A DNA stretch of 64,000 nt, from the NCBI GenBank assembly GCA_963725665.1, contig CAVRZA010000006.1:416001-480000 (forward strand). Direction: 5' to 3'. The DNA is from an uncultured Actinomycetes bacterium (GTDB lineage Bacteria > Actinomycetota > Thermoleophilia > UBA2241). The first letter of the stretch is position 1. The number at the start of each line of letters is the position of its first letter. The notes beneath the pieces are model-generated. The model made no database searches, was not told the DNA's origin, and was given only the letters and a program-made list of their open reading frames with translations. Positions 56,978 to 64,000 of the stretch are shown piece by piece. The translations under genes and the position numbers were made by a program.

Positions 56978-58060
56978 CTAGCGGCGACGGTGGCCGGCAG
57001 GCAGGCCGCTCGACGCCTGGGCGTCGAGCGGCAGGTACGCCGGCCACGGGATCGCCGGCAGGTACGCGGCGGCGATGCCGATCATGGCGGCGTTGTCGGT
57101 GCACAGCGAGCGCGGTGGGAGGAAGAGCTCGAGGTCGTGCTGCGCGCAGGCCGCGGCGAGGGCGCGGCGCAGGCCCTCGTTGGCGGCCACGCCGCCGGCG
57201 AGGGCGACGCGCCGCGCCCCCTCGGCCTGCGCGCAGCGCACCGTCTTCTCGACGAGCTGCCGGGCGATAGCCGCTTGGTAGCTCGCCGCGATGTCGGCCC
57301 GGTGCGCATCGACCTCCGCGGGCGGACGCTCTCGCAGGTCGTAGAGCAACGCCGTCTTGAGACCGCTGAAGCTGAGATCGGCGCCGCGTGGCACGGCGCG
57401 CGGGAAGCGCACGTAGGTTGGGTCGCCGTCCCGCGCGAGACGGTCGAGCTCAGCACCACCCGGGTAGCCGAGCCCGAGCAGACGCGCGCCCTTGTCGAAG
57501 GCTTCGCCGGCGGCGTCGTCGAGCGTGCGCCCCGCGACGCGAAAGCGCACGCCTTCATCGACGACCACGACGAGGGTGTGGCCGCCGCTGGCGATGAGGC
57601 ACACGAACGGCGCCCGCGCGCCGGCGACATAGGCGGCGGCCAGGTGCCCCTCGAGGTGGTTGACGGGGACCAGGGGCAGCCGGCGCGCGTAGGCGTAGGC
57701 CTTCGCCGCCGACAGACCGACCAGCAGCGCGCCGATGAGGCCGGGACGCGTCGTCACGGCGATGCCGTCGAGCTCCTCCCAACTCGTCGAGCCGGCGTCG
57801 AGGGCTTCGGCGACCACAGCGTCGAGCAGCTCGACGTGATGGCGCGAGGCGATCTCGGGCACGATGCCGCCGAAGACCGCGTGCAGCACGTCCTGCGACG
57901 AGACGATCGACGAGCGGATGTCGCCGCCCTCGACCACGGCAGCGCTCGTGTCGTCGCATGAGGTCTCGACGCAGAGCAGGCGGCCGTGCGGCGGCGGGAC
58001 GGTCGCGAGGGTCTCACCGCCGGGGAGGCCGTCGGCGCCCGCAACGGGTCCACGACTCAC
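56978..58060 (-). CDS. tsaD: tRNA N6-threonylcarbamoyladenosine transferase TsaD
   Basis: ETSCDDT, NHLEGH, SGGHT, DDAAGEAFDK, CTDNAAMI. Confidence 0.95.
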   Translation of the reverse strand: MSRGPVAGADGLPGGETLATVPPPHGRLLCVETSCDDTSAAVVEGGDIRSSIVSSQDVLHAVFGGIVPEIASRHHVELLDAVVAEALDAGSTSWEELDGIAVTTRPGLIGALLVGLSAAKAYAYARRLPLVPVNHLEGHLAAAYVAGARAPFVCLIASGGHTLVVVVDEGVRFRVAGRTLDDAAGEAFDKGARLLGLGYPGGAELDRLARDGDPTYVRFPRAVPRGADLSFSGLKTALLYDLRERPPAEVDAHRADIAASYQAAIARQLVEKTVRCAQAEGARRVALAGGVAANEGLRRALAAACAQHDLELFLPPRSLCTDNAAMIGIAAAYLPAIPWPAYLPLDAQASSGLPAGHRRR

Positions 58061-58515
58061 GCCGTCCTGCCCTCCCAGTCCTTCCACATGATGAGGGCGT
58101 CCTCGCGGTTGTCGGAGTAGTAGCCCCGGCGGAAGCCCGTAGCCACGAAACCGAAACTGCGATAGAGCTCGATGGCGGCCTCGTTCGAGACGCGCACCTC
58201 GAGCGTGTGCCCACGGTGCGGCTTGGCCTCGGTGATCTCGAAGTACTTCTCGAGGAGGCCGGAGGCAAGGCTCTGGCGGCGACGCTCCGGCACGACGGAG
58301 ACGTTCATGAGGTGCCAGACGTCGACGAAGGAGTCGGCGATCAGGTAGCCCACGAGCTCGTCGTCGACCTCGCACACCAGGCAGATCGCCGATTCGCGCA
58401 CGACCTCCGCGCTGAACACCTTGGGCGACCACGGCAGGCTGAACACGCTGCGCTCGATGGCGACCACGCCCTCCAGGTCCTCGAGGGTCATCTCGCGAAT
58501 GACGCGCCCGCTCAC
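58057..58515 (-). CDS. rimI: Ribosomal-protein-S18 alanine N-acetyltransferase
   Basis: FSLPWS, LEVRVSNEAAIELY, YYSDNREDALIM. Confidence 0.9.
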   Translation of the reverse strand: MSGRVIREMTLEDLEGVVAIERSVFSLPWSPKVFSAEVVRESAICLVCEVDDELVGYLIADSFVDVWHLMNVSVVPERRRQSLASGLLEKYFEITEAKPHRGHTLEVRVSNEAAIELYRSFGFVATGFRRGYYSDNREDALIMWKDWEGRTA

Positions 58516-59264
58516 CGTCCCACCCTTGCCCGCGATGGAGTCCAACGCTTCGCATCTGGTCGGCGTCCGTAGATCGGCAGCGCGCGGCCGATGCCTGTGA
58601 CGTTCCCGGGGGCCCGCGCCTGCCAGGCGCGCACCAGCATGGCCGCGGTGGGGGCGGCGACGGCGCGCGCGCGGCGCGCGCGCGGCGGTAGCTCGTCGGC
58701 GTAGAGGCGCGCGCCGTCGCCGCCCACGAGCGCCCCCGGCCACGGCGCCAGGAACGCGGCGAGGTCGGCGGCGCGCACGACGGCGAGGCGCGGCTCGCCC
58801 TCGGCGAGGCCGTCGCCGCGCCGCTCGTAGCGCGCCGCGAAGACCTCGCCGCGGCGGCCGTCGATGAGCGGCACGAGCGTGCCGGCGCTCGCGCCGGCGT
58901 CGCCGTCGGCGAGCGCCTGCGCGAGCGCCGCAAGCGTGGGCACACCGACGAGACTCAGACGCGGGTCGGCCTGAGCGAGGGCGCGCGCCGTTGCGATGCC
59001 GATGCGCAGGCCGGTGAAGCTCCCCGGTCCGAGGCTCACGAGCAAGGTCGTCACGTCGCCGATGCCGGCATCGCACATGACCAGCGCCCGGTGAGCGTCG
59101 GGCAGGAGCCGCCGGGTGTGTGCCGGACCGACCTCTGATGAGATCTCGGCGAGCAGGCGGCCGTCCCCGTCCGCGACGGCGACCGAGCAGGCCAGCGTGG
59201 CCGTCTCGAGGGCCAGCACCAGGTCTCGCCGCGGCGTCCCCGCGACCCCCTCGCGCGGCGTCAT
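58512..59264 (-). CDS. tsaB: t6A biosynthesis protein TsaB
   Basis: LALETAT, GPGSFTGLRIG, DGRRGEV. Confidence 0.92.
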   Translation of the reverse strand: MTPREGVAGTPRRDLVLALETATLACSVAVADGDGRLLAEISSEVGPAHTRRLLPDAHRALVMCDAGIGDVTTLLVSLGPGSFTGLRIGIATARALAQADPRLSLVGVPTLAALAQALADGDAGASAGTLVPLIDGRRGEVFAARYERRGDGLAEGEPRLAVVRAADLAAFLAPWPGALVGGDGARLYADELPPRARRARAVAAPTAAMLVRAWQARAPGNVTGIGRALPIYGRRPDAKRWTPSRARVGR

Positions 59265-59273
59265 GACAAGCCC

Positions 59274-59759
59274 TCAGCGCGGCGCGCCGGCACGCCCGGC
59301 CGCACCCAGAGCCGCGAGCAGCGCTCGCTCGAGCTGGGGTGCGCCCGTGACCTCGACGCGCCGCGCGGCGCGGCTGACGTGGGACAGCCGCAGGGCCACG
59401 TCGGCCGGCGGCAGCTCGTTCTCGCCGACCTCGGACCACTCCACGAAGACGACGGCGTCGCCGCCGAGATAGTCCTCCCAGGCGAACAGGGCCACATCGT
59501 CACCCGGCGCGAGCCGGTACAGGTCGAGATGGTGCAGCGTCAGAAGTCCCCTCCCCCGGTAGCTCTGGGCGAGCGTGAACGAGGGGCTCGCCACCGCTTC
59601 GCGCACGCCGAGCGCGCGCAGCGCGTGACGCACGACCGTCGTCTTGCCCGTGCCGAGCTCGCCGGTGAGGGTGATCAGCATCGGTGCCCGCAGCGTGCCG
59701 GCGAGCGCTCGCGCGAAGCGCGCCGTGACCGCCGCCGAGGGGAGGTCGGCCGCGACCAT
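59274..59759 (-). CDS. tsaE: t6A biosynthesis ATPase TsaE
   Basis: GELGTGKT, SPSFTL, HLDLYRL, VEW. Confidence 0.92.
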   Translation of the reverse strand: MVAADLPSAAVTARFARALAGTLRAPMLITLTGELGTGKTTVVRHALRALGVREAVASPSFTLAQSYRGRGLLTLHHLDLYRLAPGDDVALFAWEDYLGGDAVVFVEWSEVGENELPPADVALRLSHVSRAARRVEVTGAPQLERALLAALGAAGRAGAPR

Positions 59760-60485
59760 TCAGAAGAGGCCGAGTTGCTCCGCTGGGCCTGCGGCCGCCG
59801 CCGGCGTCTCGGCGGCAGTCCCCGGCGACTGGGGGGCGTCGTTTGCCGGCGCGAGCGTGTCCTGCCCCGCCTCCTCCTCAGCTTCGGGGAGGGGCAGTGC
59901 GAGCACCTCCGGGAGGCGACGAAAGTCCTCCCTGAGCGTCGTCAGCATGGCCGGCGTGTAGAGGGCCGCCGCGGGGTGGAAGATCGGGTAGAGGTGCACC
60001 ATGCGGCGTCCGAAGGGCACGGCCTGGGGCCGGCCGTGGACCTTGGTGATGCCGAGGGGTTTGCCCGAGAGAAGCTTGGTGGCGTGGTTGCCCAGGGAGC
60101 AGACCACGCGCGGCGCGATGAGCTCGATCTGCTTCCACAGGTAGGGCTCGCAGGCGGCGATCTCTGCCGGCAGCGGGTCGCGGTTGTTGGGCGGCCGGCA
60201 CTTCAGCACGTTGGCGATGTACACCTGCTCGCGCTTGAGCCCGATCGACCCCAGGAGCTCCTCGAGCAACTTGCCGGCGGCGCCGACGAACGGGCGCCCC
60301 TGCTGGTCCTCGTGGTACCCCGGCGCCTCGCCCACGAACATGAGATCGGCGGCGGGATCGCCCTCGCCGAACACGAGGCGTGTGCGGGAGCCGAAGAGCT
60401 GGCAGCAAGGCGACTGCTCCACCTCGCGGCGGAGGGCGTCGAGACGCTCGCTCAGGTCGTCGCTGGGCTCAGTGGCAGGTGGCAC
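59760..60485 (-). CDS. Uracil-DNA glycosylase family 4
   Basis: [30 protein letters not shown]; start approximate. Confidence 0.9.
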   Translation of the reverse strand: MPPATEPSDDLSERLDALRREVEQSPCCQLFGSRTRLVFGEGDPAADLMFVGEAPGYHEDQQGRPFVGAAGKLLEELLGSIGLKREQVYIANVLKCRPPNNRDPLPAEIAACEPYLWKQIELIAPRVVCSLGNHATKLLSGKPLGITKVHGRPQAVPFGRRMVHLYPIFHPAAALYTPAMLTTLREDFRRLPEVLALPLPEAEEEAGQDTLAPANDAPQSPGTAAETPAAAAGPAEQLGLF

Positions 60486-60696
60486 AGGAGGAGCTCGAAC
60501 AGGATGTGCAGCTCTTGCCTGAGGACGCTGAAGCCACGCCGGAGAAGCCCGGCGAGCTGGAGTGGACGGCGAACCGCGACAGCAGGCGACGGACGTCGCT
60601 GGAGGAGCAGTGCGGGCACGAGACGACCTCGCCGTTGCGCACGAGCTCCTCGAAAGAGACCTCGCAGCGGTCACAGATGAACTCGTAGATGGGCAT
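60469..60696 (-). CDS. FmdB-family zinc-ribbon protein
   Basis: [16 protein letters not shown]-terminal CxxCxxxxCxxC. Confidence 0.88.
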   Translation of the reverse strand: MPIYEFICDRCEVSFEELVRNGEVVSCPHCSSSDVRRLLSRFAVHSSSPGFSGVASASSGKSCTSCSSSSCATCH

Positions 60697-60900
60697 GGTT
60701 GCAGTGTACCACGGTGGCCCCGTGAGCAGGACAGGACGGCGATTGACCGCCCCACGAGGCGTCGTGTACCCTCCATGGTGGACTGCTCCCGCTCCTAGCC
60801 CGAGAGGGCCGGAGACGGGAGGCACCGCGATAGGCACTGAGCCTGTCGGCCGGCGCGGTACCGCCTCCCACGACGGACCGCAGCCAGGAGAGCCAACGGC

Positions 60901-61803
60901 TTGACCGATCTCGACGCACTGCGATTCTGCGTGGTCGGCCCCGGACGTCTGGGGTCGGCCTTGGCGCGCGCCCTCGACGCCGTCGGCCTATCCGTCGGCG
61001 CGTTCGGTGTGCGCGGCGGCGTCGACGCCTCGTCGACACCGCCGCGCCTGCCGCCCGTCGAAGCCGCACGTGGCGCGGACGTCCTCTGGCTCGCCGTACC
61101 CGACGACGCCATCGCCGCCGTCGCGGCGGAGCTCGCGCGGCGGCTGGGTCCCGCGGTTGTCGGCAAGCTGGCCGTGCACTCGAGCGGCCTCGCCGGCCTG
61201 GCGGTCCTCGACCCGTTGCGGGCCGCCGGAGCGCGCGTCGTGAGCCTGCACCCCCTGCAGACCCTCGCCGCCGGGGCCGCCGACGACGTCTTCGCCGGCG
61301 TCCCGTTCGCCGTCACCGCACGCGACGAGACCGACCTGGTGCTGGGCAGCGCGCTGGTCGAGCGTCTGGGCGGCCTGCCGTTCGCCCTCGGCGACGAGCG
61401 CAAGCCCCTGTACCACCTGGCCGCGGCGGTCGCCAGCAACCTGCTGGTCGCCCTCGAGAGCGAGGCGGTCGAGCTCATGAACGAGGCCATCGGCGCGGCG
61501 GCCAAGACTAGCGGCACGGTGGCGGCCGACGACGTCGAGGGCCTGCGCGTCTTGGCGCCGCTCGTGCGCACGACATCCGCCAACCTGCTGGCGCTGGGTC
61601 CCGAGCGGGCGCTCACCGGCCCCGTGGCGCGCGGCGACGTGAGCACCGTCCGCGCGCACCTCGAGCTGCTCCGACAGTACCCCCCGCGTCTGCGCGAGGC
61701 CTACCGCGCCCTGTCGCTGCAGGCGCTGGTCCTGGCCGCGCCGCGGCTCGACGACGACACCGTGAGGACGCTCAAGGAGATCCTCGCGCCGGGGGTTCGC
61801 TAA
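60901..61803 (+). CDS. Rossmann-like/DUF2520 protein (PanG-type ketopantoate reductase candidate)
   Basis: GPGRLG, AVPDD, HSSG, LHPLQT, YHLAAAVASN, ALTGPVARGD; directly upstream of panC. Confidence 0.85.
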   Translation: MTDLDALRFCVVGPGRLGSALARALDAVGLSVGAFGVRGGVDASSTPPRLPPVEAARGADVLWLAVPDDAIAAVAAELARRLGPAVVGKLAVHSSGLAGLAVLDPLRAAGARVVSLHPLQTLAAGAADDVFAGVPFAVTARDETDLVLGSALVERLGGLPFALGDERKPLYHLAAAVASNLLVALESEAVELMNEAIGAAAKTSGTVAADDVEGLRVLAPLVRTTSANLLALGPERALTGPVARGDVSTVRAHLELLRQYPPRLREAYRALSLQALVLAAPRLDDDTVRTLKEILAPGVR

Positions 61804-61807
61804 GACC

Positions 61808-62815
61808 ATGCTGGTGACGCGGACGATCGCCGAGACACGTGCGGCTCTGGCCGCACTGCGGCATCCCGTGGCGCTGGTACCGACCATGGGGGCGTTGCAC
61901 GAGGGGCACCTCGCCCTGCTGCGCGAGGCGCGACGCTTCGCCGGACCCTCCGGCACGGTGGTGATGTCGCTCTTCGTGAACCCCACGCAGTTCGGCGCCG
62001 AAGAGGACTACGCGCGCTACCCACGAGACGAGGCGCGCGACCTGGCGCTCGCCGGCGACGAGGGCGTCGACCTCGTCTTTGCGCCGACCGCTGACGAGAT
62101 GTACACGGAGGGGTCCGCGACCAGCGTGCACGTCACCGGTCCGCTGAGCGAGACCTTCGAAGGCGCGACCCGGCCGGGGCACTTCGACGGCGTGGCGACG
62201 GTGGTCACGAAGCTGTTCGCCATCGTGCGCCCCGAGGCCGCCTTCTTCGGGCGCAAGGACGCGCAGCAGCTCGCCTTGATCAGGCGCCTCGCCCGCGACC
62301 TCGACCTCGGGGTCGAGGTCGTCGGCGTCGAGACGGCGCGCGCGGCCGACGGCCTCGCGCTGAGCTCGCGCAACGCCTACCTCGGCGAGCGCGGCCGCGC
62401 GGCGGCGGCGCGCCTCTACACCGCTCTTCGCACCGGGCGCGCCGCCGCCGCGCGCCCCGGAGCGGCGCCCGACGACATCGTGAACGCCGTCCTCGCGGCG
62501 CTGAACGAGGGAGCCGACGACGGCGACGAGGGCGTGCGCCTCGCGCCCGACTACGTCGCCGTCGTCGACCCCGACACCTTCGTCCCGGAGTCGAGCCTCG
62601 GCGAGCGCAGCCTCATCATCGCGGCAGCCCGGCTCGGCACGACCAGGCTGATCGACAACCTCCCCATACGGGAGAGGATCGAGACCGGCGGCGCCGCTCC
62701 CACGCTGCGTGAATGGCGCGCCCGAACCCAGCGCGGGGCATCGTCCACACGGCACAACGAGAACGACGCGAGCACGTTCCCCCCCGAGGAGCGGCGTGCG
62801 GCACAGGAAGGGTGA
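61808..62815 (+). CDS. panC: Pantoate-beta-alanine ligase
   Basis: PTMGALHEGH, FVNPTQF, RPGHFDGV, LALSSRN, RLIDN. Confidence 0.95.
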   Translation: MLVTRTIAETRAALAALRHPVALVPTMGALHEGHLALLREARRFAGPSGTVVMSLFVNPTQFGAEEDYARYPRDEARDLALAGDEGVDLVFAPTADEMYTEGSATSVHVTGPLSETFEGATRPGHFDGVATVVTKLFAIVRPEAAFFGRKDAQQLALIRRLARDLDLGVEVVGVETARAADGLALSSRNAYLGERGRAAAARLYTALRTGRAAAARPGAAPDDIVNAVLAALNEGADDGDEGVRLAPDYVAVVDPDTFVPESSLGERSLIIAAARLGTTRLIDNLPIRERIETGGAAPTLREWRARTQRGASSTRHNENDASTFPPEERRAAQEG

Positions 62816-62820
62816 GAACA

Positions 62821-63300
62821 GTGGCCAGGGTGTTCATGAACCGGCGCATGCTCAACGAGCAGAAGGTACGCGAGGGCCTCGTCTGCGTGGTGACCGGTTC
62901 GATCAAGTTCGAGAGCGGCGGTGACGCCGACATCATCAAGATCACCGACGAGGTCGAGCAGGCGGTGCGCGACACAGGTCTCCTCGACGGCACGGTGACC
63001 GTCTTCGTGCCGGGCGCGACCGGCGCCCTGACCACGCTCGAGTTCGAACCAGGCGTCGTGCACGACCTGCAGCAGCTCCTCGACGACATCGTACCGCCCG
63101 GCAAGCACTACGCGCACAACGACAACCTCGGCGACGGCAACGGACACTCCCATGTGCGCGCCGGCCTGCTCGGCCCGTCGCTCACCATCCCGTTCGTCGA
63201 CGGCCGCGTCACCCTCGGCCGCTACCAGAACATCGTCTTCTGCGACTTCGACGCCCGGCCGCGGTCGCGCAGCCTCGTCGTGCAGGTGATGGGAGTCTGA
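62821..63300 (+). CDS. YjbQ/UPF0047-family protein
   Basis: GATGALTTLEFEPG, GNGHSHVRA, DFDARPRSR; start uncertain. Confidence 0.87.
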   Translation: MARVFMNRRMLNEQKVREGLVCVVTGSIKFESGGDADIIKITDEVEQAVRDTGLLDGTVTVFVPGATGALTTLEFEPGVVHDLQQLLDDIVPPGKHYAHNDNLGDGNGHSHVRAGLLGPSLTIPFVDGRVTLGRYQNIVFCDFDARPRSRSLVVQVMGV

Positions 63301-63362
63301 GAATGGCAGCGGCGACCGGCGCCGGCGGCGCCCCCGACGCGTCCAGCGCTGTGACCTCGGGA

Positions 63363-64000
63363 ATGCCCCGCCATAGGGTCCACCTCCAGGTCGCGCTCGA
63401 CTTCGTCGACCTGCCGCGGGCGCTCCTCATCGCCCGCGAGGCCGTCGCCGGCGGCGCCGACTGGGTCGAAGCCGGCACGCCGTTGATCAAGGCAGAGGGC
63501 CTGCAGGCGGTACGCGAGCTCAAGGCGGCGTTCCCCGACAAGGTGATCGTGGCCGACATGAAGACCATGGACGCCGGCCGCATCGAGCTCGAGTACGCGG
63601 CCAAGGCCGGCGCCGGCGTGGTCGGCGTACTTGGCGCCGCCAGCGACTCCACCGTCAAGGAGTGCGCCGAGGCCGCGCGCAACTACGGCTGCGAGCTGAT
63701 CGTCGACATGATCGAGGTGGCCGACCCCGTCACGCGCGCGCGACGGGCCGAGGAGCTCGGCGCCGACTACGTCGGCATCCACACGGCCATCGACCAGCAG
63801 ATGCGCGGCGAGGCGCCGTTCGAGACCCTGCGCCGGGTCGCCGAGTCGGTGACGATCCCGGTGAGCGTCGCCGGCGGGATCAACTCGGAGACGGCGGCGG
63901 CGGCCGTCGCGGCCGGCGCGAGCATTGTCGTCGTCGGAGGCGCCATCACCAAGTCCACCGATGCGACGGCCGCCGCCGCCGAGATCCGGCGCGCTTTGGA
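63363..64000 (+). CDS. 3-hexulose-6-phosphate synthase-like (HPS/KGPDC family), runs off window
   Basis: Hand translation: LQVALDFVDL..EAGTPLIKAEG..VADMKTMDAG..VHTAIDQQ..VAGGI; alternative ATG at 63303. Confidence 0.85.
   Translation, partial: MPRHRVHLQVALDFVDLPRALLIAREAVAGGADWVEAGTPLIKAEGLQAVRELKAAFPDKVIVADMKTMDAGRIELEYAAKAGAGVVGVLGAASDSTVKECAEAARNYGCELIVDMIEVADPVTRARRAEELGADYVGIHTAIDQQMRGEAPFETLRRVAESVTIPVSVAGGINSETAAAAVAAGASIVVVGGAITKSTDATAAAAEIRRAL

Overview
High-GC (~70%) chromosomal window, mostly on the - strand, with gene content suggesting an anaerobe-leaning deep-branching actinobacterium (Thermoleophilia-like; inference only). 1-21 kb: conserved housekeeping run tilS-hpt-ftsH-folEPBK-nadABC-coaX-dusB-greA-lysS-clpC-radA-carD-yacL-ispD. 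21-24 kb: DsrE protein, aqpZ, and an integrase-less ~1.4 kb islet inserted in tRNA-fMet between 79-bp direct repeats. The islet encodes a secreted, C-terminally anchored protein with four 24-aa WAWGxxY repeats and a CP12-like CxxxPxxxxC tail. 24-31 kb: NlpC/P60, aldehyde:ferredoxin oxidoreductase, alanine dehydrogenase, a serine hydrolase and an SDR. 31-49 kb: catabolic cluster with a peptide ABC transporter (two binding proteins), non-pyrrolysine MttB-family methyltransferase, C45 amidase, creatininase-family enzyme, orphan PotA, PucR regulator, DmpA and an AcsE-like methyltransferase. 49-64 kb: GAF-GGDEF-HD-GYP protein, CIRCE-groESL, dtd, acetolactate synthase-like enzyme, tsaD-rimI-tsaB-tsaE-udg-fmdB, DUF2520-panC-yjbQ and a hexulose-phosphate synthase-like gene. 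Seven single-base +1 frameshifts (ftsH, tilS, three ABC genes) look like assembly errors. All calls are by-eye motif recognition; no database searches were run.
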